DNA of 64,000 nucleotides, taken from Candidatus Methanomethylicia archaeon (GTDB lineage Archaea; Thermoproteota; Methanomethylicia; Nezhaarchaeales; B40-G2). How positions within the stretch are numbered: the stretch's first letter is position 1; every line of letters begins with the position of its first letter. The notes under the pieces are model-generated. The model did no database searches, had not been told where the DNA came from, and worked only from the letters and a program-made list of their open reading frames with translations. Shown in pieces: positions 19,332-28,314 of the stretch. A program made the translations under genes and the position numbers. The DNA is taken from assembly GCA_029259155.1 (NCBI GenBank), contig JAPDJI010000014.1:30280-94279 (forward strand). Direction: 5' to 3'.

Positions 19332-19365
19332 TTATTACGAACTTAAAAAAGGTAACACTTAAATA
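19332..19365 (+). promoter_or_regulatory. NikR-like inverted repeat adjoining the TATA box of the cobN operon
   Basis: TTATTAC-N13-GTAACAC (19332-19358) running into CTTAAATA. Confidence 0.45.
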
Positions 19366-19452
19366 GTCCAACACAAACGCGTACTATGCCATGGGATGTT
19401 TCGTAACAGCGGGTAGGCAGCATTGCTGTTGGGCTTATGGAAGTGACAGTTA

Positions 19453-21825
19453 ATGAAGCCTAGAGTGGCCTTCATAATAGGCTATGGAGCATCCCCCCTC
19501 CCCACGCTAAGGAAGGTCCTTGAAGAGGAAGCTAAGGCCTTGAGCTTCGAAGGAATAGCAGTAAGCAATGCTACCTGCGAGGCTGAGCTTGACTTTATAA
19601 GGAGCGCTGACGTCGTCTTCGTTTATTCCCATGAATTGCCCCCGAGCGTTGTCGAAGCATTGGAGAACCATGGGGGGAAGATCGTAGCCTTATCCGGGCC
19701 ATATGCCCATCTATCATCCATCCCTGGCGAGGTGCTTGCGAAGGCTAGCGCTTTCTACACGACCGGAGGGGAAGGTAATCTAAGAAAACTAGTCAGGCTT
19801 ATGGTAAAGCTGGCTGGCGTAGATATCGAGGTGGGAGAAGTCGAAGACGTCCCCTGGCACGGGATATACCATCCACAGCTCGGAGTTTTCACCAAGTTGC
19901 AAGATTACCTAAACCTTTATCCTTACGCTAACCGTCCGCTCGTCGGGATTCTATTCCCCAAGAGCTACTGGCTTTACGGGCAGACTGAGCCCGTTTCAAA
20001 ACTCATTGAGGTTCTCGAGCAGGAAGGTCTTGGAACCATCCCAGTATTCACATATGGATATAGGTCTTCCTTCAACTGCTTGGGCTACACAAAGGAGGAT
20101 TCGATACATGAGTTCTTCTTCATGGATGACAAACCAGTTATTGAGGCGCTCGTCAATCTCTACTTTTTCTTCCTACTCGACCATGGGCCTAACTCTGAGC
20201 AGCAGTTTAAGGAGGCGAGGGGTATTGAGCTACTGAAGCGCCTCGGCGTACCCATAATCCAAGTTGTTACTTCGTTTTACCGCTCAGTTGAGGAGTGGCT
20301 AAGGGATAAGCAAGGAGTCGACTACCTTACGCAGGTTTACTGTGTAATAATGCCTGAGGTCGACGGCCTCATCGAGCCGATCTATGCCGTGGGGTCTGTT
20401 GTGAACTCGCTCGGCGTCAAGGAACATCATTCCTATAAAGAACACCTTCAATACATAGCGCGTCGCGTAAAGCATTGGGTGAAGCTTAAGCTCAAGAAGC
20501 CGGAGGAGCGTAAGATAGCAATAGTGCTAATAAACCCACCGTGCAAGGGCCTTGAGGCGAACGTAGCGGTTGGCCTTGGCCTTGACGTGCCGGAGAGCGT
20601 TGTCAAGCTTCTATGGGAGCTAAAGAGGCAAGGTTACGACGTCGGCGACGAGCTACCAAAGTCCGGCGAGGAGCTGGTGAGGATGATCATGGAGAGAAAG
20701 GCTATCAGTGAGTTCAGGTGGACGAGCGTCGATGAAATCGTGAAACTCGGTGGCGCAGTTGCTTTCGTCGATGCTGAGACCTACAGCGATTGGTTCAAGG
20801 AGTTATCACCGAAGGTTAAAGAAGAGATGGTCAAGGAGTGGGGGGATCCGCACGACGTACTTGCAGGCAGGGTTTCGAAGGAGCTTGTAGGGATGGTGTA
20901 CGATGGCAAATTTGTCGTCCCAGGCCTCTTGTTCGGCAATGTGTTCATTACAACCCAGCCGAAGTTCGGCTGTGCAGGCCCAGTGTGCGACGGCAGGGTC
21001 TGTAGGATACTGCACAACCCCACGATACCTCCTCCGCACCAGTGGCTCGCCGTCTACCGGTGGATTACGAGGGTGTTCAGGGCTGACGTCGTGCTACACT
21101 TCGGGACTCACGGCTACTTAGAATTTAGACCTGGCAAAGGAGTGGGCCTATCACCTGAGTGTTGGCCTGAAATAACGATCGATGAAGTCCCACACCTGTA
21201 TGTCTACGTCGTCTCTAACCCTATGGAAGGCGTAATAGCGAAGCGCAGGAGCTACGCAGCGCTCGTAGACCACCTCTACCCGCCGATGACGATGGCCAAC
21301 GTCCTAGACGAGCTCGACGATCTGCTCAACCAGTACGCTAGGGCTAAGCAGCTAGGTGAGCATGCGCGGGCCAAGGTTCTCTACGAGAAGCTCCTCGAGG
21401 CCGCGAGGAAGCATAACATTTCAGTGGAGCGTCCTGAGGATGCTGAGAAGACCATTGAGGGGATACATAGATACGTCGACTTAATTAAGGGGAGCCAAGT
21501 TAACCTGGGCCTACACGTGTTTGGCAATCCTCCTAGGGATCCCCGTAGGCTCAGCGAGTATGTAGTGACGGCAATGAGCTACGACTCGCATTACTCTCCG
21601 TCAATCAAGCGTGTTCTTGCTGAGTACCTTGGCCTCGATTATGATGAGCTCAGGAAGGAGCCGATGAAGATCAATAGAAGATATGGTGCACCAAACCGTG
21701 AGGTGCTGGATAAGCTCCACTCCGTTGCAGTTAACGTTCTCGAGAAGCTCATTTCACTTGGCTCAAGCGAGCCTGATCTAGTAGTTAAGCTTGTTGAGGA
21801 GGAGGTGACGAAAACCCTTGGCTAA
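19453..21825 (+). CDS. cobN: CobN/magnesium chelatase H-family subunit, N-terminal half
   Basis: MPEVDG, GLDVPES, HFGTHGYLEFRPGK, IAKRRS, GLHVFG. Confidence 0.88.
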   Translation: MKPRVAFIIGYGASPLPTLRKVLEEEAKALSFEGIAVSNATCEAELDFIRSADVVFVYSHELPPSVVEALENHGGKIVALSGPYAHLSSIPGEVLAKASAFYTTGGEGNLRKLVRLMVKLAGVDIEVGEVEDVPWHGIYHPQLGVFTKLQDYLNLYPYANRPLVGILFPKSYWLYGQTEPVSKLIEVLEQEGLGTIPVFTYGYRSSFNCLGYTKEDSIHEFFFMDDKPVIEALVNLYFFFLLDHGPNSEQQFKEARGIELLKRLGVPIIQVVTSFYRSVEEWLRDKQGVDYLTQVYCVIMPEVDGLIEPIYAVGSVVNSLGVKEHHSYKEHLQYIARRVKHWVKLKLKKPEERKIAIVLINPPCKGLEANVAVGLGLDVPESVVKLLWELKRQGYDVGDELPKSGEELVRMIMERKAISEFRWTSVDEIVKLGGAVAFVDAETYSDWFKELSPKVKEEMVKEWGDPHDVLAGRVSKELVGMVYDGKFVVPGLLFGNVFITTQPKFGCAGPVCDGRVCRILHNPTIPPPHQWLAVYRWITRVFRADVVLHFGTHGYLEFRPGKGVGLSPECWPEITIDEVPHLYVYVVSNPMEGVIAKRRSYAALVDHLYPPMTMANVLDELDDLLNQYARAKQLGEHARAKVLYEKLLEAARKHNISVERPEDAEKTIEGIHRYVDLIKGSQVNLGLHVFGNPPRDPRRLSEYVVTAMSYDSHYSPSIKRVLAEYLGLDYDELRKEPMKINRRYGAPNREVLDKLHSVAVNVLEKLISLGSSEPDLVVKLVEEEVTKTLG

Positions 21826-23338
21826 GCTGGAGTTAAAGAGACGTGAAGTGGATGGGCTTGTCGCCGTCTTCGCTAAAGCCCTTGACGTAGCTCAGAGGAT
21901 TGCGAGGTGCGAAGAGATACCAGCTCTCCTCGAAGGCTTCTCTGCCTCTTTCATAGAGCCTGGCGCCTCTGGCGCAATTACCCGAGGTAAGTTTGAGATC
22001 CTTCCGACTGGGAGGAACTTTTACGCCGTAGACCCGCGTATGCTTCCAACGCGGGCAGCATGGGAGGTCGGTGTTAAGACCGCCCATAAAATGCTTAATT
22101 ACTATTTGGAAAAACATGGCAGGTACCCCGAGAGCGTGGGCCACGTCCTATGGAGCATTGACGCTTACAAGGCTGATGGAGAGCAGCTTGCCCAGATACT
22201 TTACCTCTTGGGCGTGAGGCCGGTGTGGGGACCTGATGGGGCTGTGCAGGGCTTAGAGGTCATTCCTCTCGACGAGCTTAAGCGCCCTAGGATAGACTGC
22301 GTGACGCGTATCAGCGGCATAGTTCGCGATACGCTCCCAAACTATCCCTACCTGATAGATGACGCAGTTGAGAAGGTCGTTGTGCTTGACGAGCCGCTGG
22401 ATCTGAACTTCGTCAGGAAGCACTACATCGAGTACGTGAGGGAGCTGCTCCGGCTGGGAAGAAGCGTCGAGGACGCTAGGGTAGCAGCTAGATACCGTGT
22501 CTTCTGCTCGCCTCCAGGGAGCTACGGCGCTGGTGTGAACTACGCAGTTGAGGCGTCAGCTTGGGAGGAAGATGAGGACTTAGCGAAGACTTGGGTTCAG
22601 TGGGCTGGCTACGCTTATGGCAAGTCCTCTCACGGCGCCAAGGCTCACGACGTACTCGTACTCACGCTCAAAGATGTTGACGCTGTGTCAAGGAGCCACC
22701 CGAGCGATGAACACGACCTCTTAGCCTGCTGCTGCTACTTCGCCTACCATGGCGGCTTCTTCAACTCGGCCAAGGCGATTTCGGGGAAGGACATCGATGC
22801 CATACACGTTGATACCCGCGACCTCTCGAACTTAGACGTTAGAGACGTGAAGGTTGAGATCGAGAGGGTGGTGCGCGCCAAACTCCTCAATCCCGCGTGG
22901 ATCGAGGAAATGAAGAAGCACGGCTATAGAGGTGCCAACGAGTTCTCGAAGAAGATACTACACTTATACGGCTGGTCAGCGACCACTAAGCTAGTTGAGG
23001 ATTGGGTCTTTGACGAAATAGCGAAAACCTATGCCCTTAATGAGGAGATGCGGAAGTGGTTCGAGGAACACAATGTCTGGTCTCTCGAGGAAATAGTTAG
23101 ACGCTTGGTGGAGGCTGCGGAGCGCAATCTCTGGAGGCCACCCAACGAGCTACTTGAACAGCTGAGGGAGGTTTACGCTGAGCTAGAAGGAATACTCGAG
23201 GAGACTGCAGTCGGCGAAGGAGATAGGCAAGGAGGGTCAATCAACATCATCACGGCTGAAGCGGTCGACCACTGGAAGAATTCCATCTTGGAGGTGGAAG
23301 CTATATGGAGGAGAGTGAAGCAAGAAGCAGGAAGCTGA
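21818..23338 (+). CDS. cobN: CobN/magnesium chelatase H-family subunit, C-terminal half
   Basis: LPTGRNFY, RPRID, SGIVRD, LLNPAWIEEMKKHGYRGA; own SD GGAGGTGA, TTG start with 8-nt overlap. Confidence 0.88.
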   Translation: MAKLELKRREVDGLVAVFAKALDVAQRIARCEEIPALLEGFSASFIEPGASGAITRGKFEILPTGRNFYAVDPRMLPTRAAWEVGVKTAHKMLNYYLEKHGRYPESVGHVLWSIDAYKADGEQLAQILYLLGVRPVWGPDGAVQGLEVIPLDELKRPRIDCVTRISGIVRDTLPNYPYLIDDAVEKVVVLDEPLDLNFVRKHYIEYVRELLRLGRSVEDARVAARYRVFCSPPGSYGAGVNYAVEASAWEEDEDLAKTWVQWAGYAYGKSSHGAKAHDVLVLTLKDVDAVSRSHPSDEHDLLACCCYFAYHGGFFNSAKAISGKDIDAIHVDTRDLSNLDVRDVKVEIERVVRAKLLNPAWIEEMKKHGYRGANEFSKKILHLYGWSATTKLVEDWVFDEIAKTYALNEEMRKWFEEHNVWSLEEIVRRLVEAAERNLWRPPNELLEQLREVYAELEGILEETAVGEGDRQGGSINIITAEAVDHWKNSILEVEAIWRRVKQEAGS

Positions 23339-25245
23339 TCTTTCCTTTCACAGCAATCATAGGCTTGGATAAAGCCAAGCTGGCTCTCCTATGCGCAGCC
23401 GTCAACCCCCTGATCGGTGGAGTACTGCTAAGGGGGGACAAGGGCACGGGTAAGTCGACGCTCGTTAGGGCTTTAGCCAACGTCCTCCCTGACATAGAGA
23501 TTGTCGTGGGTTGCCCCTTCAACTGCAATCCACACGACCCGCTGGAGATGTGCGATGTATGTCATGAAAAGTGGACCCACGGCGAAGAGCTCCCTATAGT
23601 TAGGCGACGCATGCGTGTCGTTGACCTCCCACTCAGCATAACGGTTGATAGGCTCGTCGGCACACTGAATATTGAGAGAGCCCTAAAGGAGGGTATAAGA
23701 GCTCTCCACCCAGGCCTCCTAGCTGAGGCTAATCAAAACATTCTATACATTGACGAGGTGAACCTCCTCGACGACTACGTTGCTGATGTGCTGCTTGACT
23801 GCGCAGCGATGGGCTGGAATATAGTGGAGCGTGAGGGGGTCTCCGTTAAACATCCATCGCGCTTCATCCTCGTCGGTAGCATGAACCCAGAGGAGGGAGA
23901 GCTGAGGCCTCAGATCCTTGACCGCTTCGGCCTCTCCGTCACTATAGAGGCTCCGATGGAGCCTGAGGCACGCTGCGAAATAGTAAGGCGCGTCGAAGAA
24001 TTCCACGCAGACCCGCTAGAGTTTTACAGAAAGTTCGAGCAAGCGGAGGCAGAGCTACGTGAGAAGGTGGTAAAGGCTAGGAAACTGCTAAAGAAGGTCT
24101 CGATTAGCGATGACCTACTCAGCCTCTTGGCCAAGACCATCGTCGAGCTCGGCATCAGGACGAGTCGAGCAGAGATCATTACGGTGAAGGCGGCGAAGGC
24201 GATAGCTGCGCTCGAGGGGCGGACGAGGGTAACTTTAGAGGACCTCGAGCGGGCCATGGGCTTGGCTCTTCCACATAGACTGAGGGCGAAGCCCTTCGAG
24301 ACCCAGCCCCCTGAACTGCCACGGCTGGCACAGCAAAACAGCAGGGCTGAGGAGCAGAATTGTGAGCAGCACGGTGACCCTCATGACGTCCACAGCCAGT
24401 CTCTCAAATCACACAACTCTCCTCCCAATGACCGCAAGGTCGGTGAACAGGAACGGACCTACGAACCAGACCGCGAGGTTAAGGCTAAGAGCCTACCATG
24501 TGACCGTAAGTCTGAAGCTGGTCGACCCAAGCCAAGAGGAGCAAGAGATGTACGCCTGACAGTGATTGGCTATCCTCACGGCTATCCCGTCTCCTACGCC
24601 CCGCCGCGAGGCGAACCAACCGACGTGGACATAGTGGCAACTCTTGTCCTCGCGTCGCTGAGGGGTCTAAACATGCCCCTCGCTATAAAATCTGATGACT
24701 TGCGTGTGAAGGTTAGAAAGGTAAGAGCACCAACTCTCACAGTGTTCTTGTTAGACTCGAGCGGAAGCATGGCTGCTCTAAGGAGGATAAGCCTGGCGAA
24801 GGGGATAGCTTCCAGCCTCGTGGAGGAGGCTTACATTAAGAGGAGCCCTGTATCCCTTGTCGTATTCCGAAACAAGGCGGCGGACGTCGTTGTGCCGCCG
24901 ACGAGAAATTATCTCGAGCTGACTTCGGCGTTGGAGAACGTACCGACCGGAGGTCGTACACCTCTTTCGTCGGCTCTTCAAGCATTGCTCGACCTCTCTA
25001 GGCACGCGAGGGCTAAGTGTAAGAACCTTAAGGTCAAGGCAGTCCTGATCTCCGATGGAAAGGCCAATGTTTCGCTAGGCGGAGGCAGCGTGAAAGAGGA
25101 GCTGGTAAAGCTTGCGGCAGAGGTCAAGCGGAGTGGCATCGAATTAACCGTGTATGACACAAGGCCTTCAGGTGTAATCGATCCAGCCCCTTCATACATC
25201 GACTTACTGAAGGAAGCGGCTGGCGCCCATGTATTCGGAGTCTGA
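23305..25245 (+). CDS. Chelatase AAA+ ATPase with vWA domain (ChlI/ChlD type)
   Basis: GDKGTGKS, DEVNLL, NPEEGELRPQILDRF, MIDAS DSSGS, GGRTPL, SDG. Confidence 0.9.
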   Translation: MEESEARSRKLIFPFTAIIGLDKAKLALLCAAVNPLIGGVLLRGDKGTGKSTLVRALANVLPDIEIVVGCPFNCNPHDPLEMCDVCHEKWTHGEELPIVRRRMRVVDLPLSITVDRLVGTLNIERALKEGIRALHPGLLAEANQNILYIDEVNLLDDYVADVLLDCAAMGWNIVEREGVSVKHPSRFILVGSMNPEEGELRPQILDRFGLSVTIEAPMEPEARCEIVRRVEEFHADPLEFYRKFEQAEAELREKVVKARKLLKKVSISDDLLSLLAKTIVELGIRTSRAEIITVKAAKAIAALEGRTRVTLEDLERAMGLALPHRLRAKPFETQPPELPRLAQQNSRAEEQNCEQHGDPHDVHSQSLKSHNSPPNDRKVGEQERTYEPDREVKAKSLPCDRKSEAGRPKPRGARDVRLTVIGYPHGYPVSYAPPRGEPTDVDIVATLVLASLRGLNMPLAIKSDDLRVKVRKVRAPTLTVFLLDSSGSMAALRRISLAKGIASSLVEEAYIKRSPVSLVVFRNKAADVVVPPTRNYLELTSALENVPTGGRTPLSSALQALLDLSRHARAKCKNLKVKAVLISDGKANVSLGGGSVKEELVKLAAEVKRSGIELTVYDTRPSGVIDPAPSYIDLLKEAAGAHVFGV

Positions 25246-26206
25246 GCTACTCCTGCAGCTTGTCCTGTTCGCTGTTAGGTTGATCCCGCTGGTTTTCGTC
25301 GGTGCAGTATTTGCGAATCTCTGCGTAGAGCTGGGTGTAGCTGACCGTATTGCGCGATTTATTAACCCTCTACTTAGGGCAGCCGCCCTCCCTAAGGGGC
25401 TATCCATCCCTCTCATCATGGTGCCGCTGGAGCCGAGGGTAGGACACGCTATGATTTCATCTATGTTGGAGCGAGGCGAGATTGGGGAACGCGAAGTTAT
25501 AGCTTCAAGTTTCTTGGTAACTCCTCTGGTCATTGCGATCTTTCTTGTGCCCAGGTATTACCTTCCAGTGGCTTTCCCAGCTCTCGGCGTGACAGTTGCG
25601 ACCATCTATATCCTCTGCACCCTCCTCTGCTCTCTCGCCAAGATGGGAATAGCCATAGTCTATGGCCAACTAACTGCTCACGGTGGCAAAACACCTACAG
25701 CCATCGAGAAGCTGCACAGCAGCTCAGCCGAGGCATCTAAGAGGAGCTCTCGACGTGACGTTTTTATCGTAGCCCTCAAGGAGGCAGCAGTGTTAACAAA
25801 AAAGGTGGCAGTGAGAACTCTTGCTGTAGTATTGTTCCTTGCCGTTGCAGGCTACGTAGGCCTGTTCCTGTGGCTTGAGAATGGCCTTAGTAGCGCCATT
25901 GGTTTTATCGGACTACCTGCCCACACGATAACTATTGCAGCGACTTACGCAGTCTCTCCTCTCGCTGGGATAGCCCTCGCCGGAGCGGTGCTTTCTCAAA
26001 CTGAAGTTTCGTGTAGGGGGGCATTAGCGGGCCTCCTGCTTTGGAGCGCTCTCTTCAGACTTTCCTCCGAGTATCCACGACATTCCTTCCCGTTCTATGC
26101 GTCGGTTTACCCTGTGAAGGTAGCCTTCAAGTTAGTCGCGCTTTCGATTGCTATCGACCTACCGGTTCTATTGGCACTGACTGCTGCGGTTCTAATTTTC
26201 ATGTAA
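25229..26206 (+). CDS. Polytopic membrane protein, nucleoside-recognition Gate-domain-like
   Basis: Two hydrophobic halves, INPLLRAAALP pattern; overlaps chlI/D stop. Confidence 0.6.
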   Translation: MYSESELLLQLVLFAVRLIPLVFVGAVFANLCVELGVADRIARFINPLLRAAALPKGLSIPLIMVPLEPRVGHAMISSMLERGEIGEREVIASSFLVTPLVIAIFLVPRYYLPVAFPALGVTVATIYILCTLLCSLAKMGIAIVYGQLTAHGGKTPTAIEKLHSSSAEASKRSSRRDVFIVALKEAAVLTKKVAVRTLAVVLFLAVAGYVGLFLWLENGLSSAIGFIGLPAHTITIAATYAVSPLAGIALAGAVLSQTEVSCRGALAGLLLWSALFRLSSEYPRHSFPFYASVYPVKVAFKLVALSIAIDLPVLLALTAAVLIFM

Positions 26207-26334
26207 TGCAAGTTTTTTCGTACTGCTGCCTCATTCAAGACTTGTTGCTTTATCATGTCACATCGGCACCGCCGATATGTTAGTTGCCGGCATCGCTATG
26301 AAGGCTTTCAGTGACTTGAGTTTCCTGCTAATCG

Positions 26335-26479
26335 CATGGTTAAAAGAGCCTTATATTATAGGCTTAAGCTACCTTGTCCTGAAGCTAGTTTAAGGATGAT
26401 GGTAGCTGAACTCTCTCTCAAGGAAGTATTGCCATAGCCTCAACCACTCGAGAGTTTTACCCATGACTGAAGGAGCTTC
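26335..26479 (+). repeat. 145-bp direct repeat, copy 2
   Basis: Identical to 19166-19310. Confidence 0.97.
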
Positions 26480-27463
26480 CACGAAATCATCCTTAAACCT
26501 TAAGATAAGGCCTTCACGCAGTTTATCGATTACCTCGAAGAGCTTCTCTTCAAGCTGAGCTTCTACGTAGCGTTTCACTTCCTCTACATTTTTCCCTTGA
26601 ACCTTCTCGATATGGTTTAGCAGCCTCTCAACCCTCCACCAAGCTGAAGGTCCTCGTGGACAAAGCCCATGCTTATTCATAAGCTTCCTTAAAATCTCGT
26701 CTCTTGCTGCTTGGAGCCTAAGCCTTCGTTCTACCCGGTCGTTTAACCCCAAGGTTGAAGCTACTTTTTGCTCTGCCCAGAGCGCTGGTGTCTCCATTAA
26801 TATGTCTACTTCAAGGCTCATGGATCTAAGCGCTTCTATGTCATTGTCGTCTAGGAAGGGAAGCTGCATGGCCAACCTTAGGTCAAGGCATGCCCTCCTA
26901 ACAAACTCTAAGTCAAGCTTTCCTGAGAGGAGGAAAGCCACATGTGCAAACTCATGTATTAAAGCCGGAAGCATCACCGGCGAAGTCCATTTTGAAGCCA
27001 TGCCTTCAAAGTAGTATACGTACGGATTCACTGCTACAACTGGTCTATGGAACTCGGCTATGTATTGGCCGCTGTAGTACCTGAGAAACATGGGAAGGGA
27101 GGAGAAGGCTCCGCCAGCGATGAAGTTCTGGTGTACCATAAATAGGGGACCTTTAACCACCTTAAATACAGGTGGGCTATGCTTAACCTTAAAGAGTGTT
27201 GATATTAATCTCCAAGCCTTAGCCCTAACGGCCACTGTGTTCTCGACCTCCTCCATCATAGGTCCCTCGTACATTTCCTCTAAACGTTGACAAGGCAGCA
27301 GCAGCTGGATCTTCTCGCCGTCTACTTCAAGGCTTAAGCTTGGTAGAGGCATAGCTGAGAGCCATAGTATACAGAGAGCCTTAAGTCTCTTCTCTATGAG
27401 CCTCATTGGTAGCCTGCCGACCCGCCGCGTATTGCTTGATGAAGTTCCATGGGAAAAGTCCAT
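26390..27463 (-). CDS. Hypothetical protein with HEXXH motif (start uncertain, possibly MRLIEK at about 27406)
   Basis: LIHEFAHV followed by a downstream Glu; 3' end lies in the repeat. Confidence 0.6.
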   Translation of the reverse strand: MDFSHGTSSSNTRRVGRLPMRLIEKRLKALCILWLSAMPLPSLSLEVDGEKIQLLLPCQRLEEMYEGPMMEEVENTVAVRAKAWRLISTLFKVKHSPPVFKVVKGPLFMVHQNFIAGGAFSSLPMFLRYYSGQYIAEFHRPVVAVNPYVYYFEGMASKWTSPVMLPALIHEFAHVAFLLSGKLDLEFVRRACLDLRLAMQLPFLDDNDIEALRSMSLEVDILMETPALWAEQKVASTLGLNDRVERRLRLQAARDEILRKLMNKHGLCPRGPSAWWRVERLLNHIEKVQGKNVEEVKRYVEAQLEEKLFEVIDKLREGLILRFKDDFVEAPSVMGKTLEWLRLWQYFLEREFSYHHP

Positions 27464-27502
27464 GAGCGAGAATATTATATTCTGCCTCGCTTAGTTTACC
27501 GA

Positions 27503-27564
27503 GGGAGCGATGAGGAAGGCAGGTATTGATGAGGGGTGATGAGTGACACCAGAGCCGAGCTCCC
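27503..27564 (+). ncRNA. Box C/D guide sRNA candidate
   Basis: GGGAGC/GCTCCC terminal stem, C ATGAGGA, 12-nt guide, D' ATGA, C' GTGATGA, 12-nt guide, D CCGA. Confidence 0.75.
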
Positions 27565-27588
27565 ACTTTTAAGATGAAGGTGAGTTTT

Positions 27589-28314
27589 GTGGAGGAAGCA
27601 GTGAGCGTGGAGAGGTTGGTGAAGGCGTATGGAAGGGTCGTAGCTGTAGACAAGCTGACCTTTAAGGTAAATAGAGGCGAGGTCTTCGGCCTTATAGGCC
27701 CTAATGGCGCGGGGAAAACTACGACGCTTCGAGTCCTTGCGACCCTGATAAAACCTACGGCTGGCCAGGTAGAGATCTACGGTTTAGACGTGGTCCAAGA
27801 AGCGGGGAAGGTTAGGAAGCTTATAAGTTACTTGCCTGAAGAGGCAGGAGCCTACAATAATCTAACGGGGTTGGAGTTCCTTAGGTACATGGCTTCACTA
27901 AGCTTAATAGGAGACGTAGAAGAGGCGGTGTCTAGGGCAGCCGAGCTCTCAGGGCTGGAAAATAGGCTTAAAGATAAGATTAAGACGTACAGCAAGGGGA
28001 TGAAGCGTAGGCTCCTTGTTGCCAGGGCGTTAATGGTTAGGCCTAAGCTGGCTATCCTTGACGAACCGACTAGCGGCTTAGATGTGGTGAGTGCGTCGCA
28101 GGTTAGGGATATGATCAAGCGCTACGTAGCGGAGACGAAGACGGCAGCGGTGATATCCAGCCACAATATGTTGGAGGTGGAATACCTCTGCGACCGCGTC
28201 CTTATCATCAATGAAGGCAGATCTCTAGTGGAAGGTCCTCCTCAAGAACTTAAGGAGAGGTTCCAGGCTTCAAACCTTGAAGAAGTGTTCATGGCAGCGG
28301 TGAGAAAAGCTTGA
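27589..28314 (+). CDS. ABC-2 exporter ATP-binding subunit (NatA-like)
   Basis: GPNGAGKT, YSKGMK, LDEPT, SSH; SD AAGGTGAG before GTG 27589. Confidence 0.92.
   Translation: MEEAVSVERLVKAYGRVVAVDKLTFKVNRGEVFGLIGPNGAGKTTTLRVLATLIKPTAGQVEIYGLDVVQEAGKVRKLISYLPEEAGAYNNLTGLEFLRYMASLSLIGDVEEAVSRAAELSGLENRLKDKIKTYSKGMKRRLLVARALMVRPKLAILDEPTSGLDVVSASQVRDMIKRYVAETKTAAVISSHNMLEVEYLCDRVLIINEGRSLVEGPPQELKERFQASNLEEVFMAAVRKA

Larger units (their letters stand above)
19311..26334. mobile_element. Putative genomic island (chelatase module) between 145-bp direct repeats; no integrase
   Basis: Flanking perfect repeats, self-contained operon, sequence appears more CpG/GC-rich than its flanks (not computed). Confidence 0.65.
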
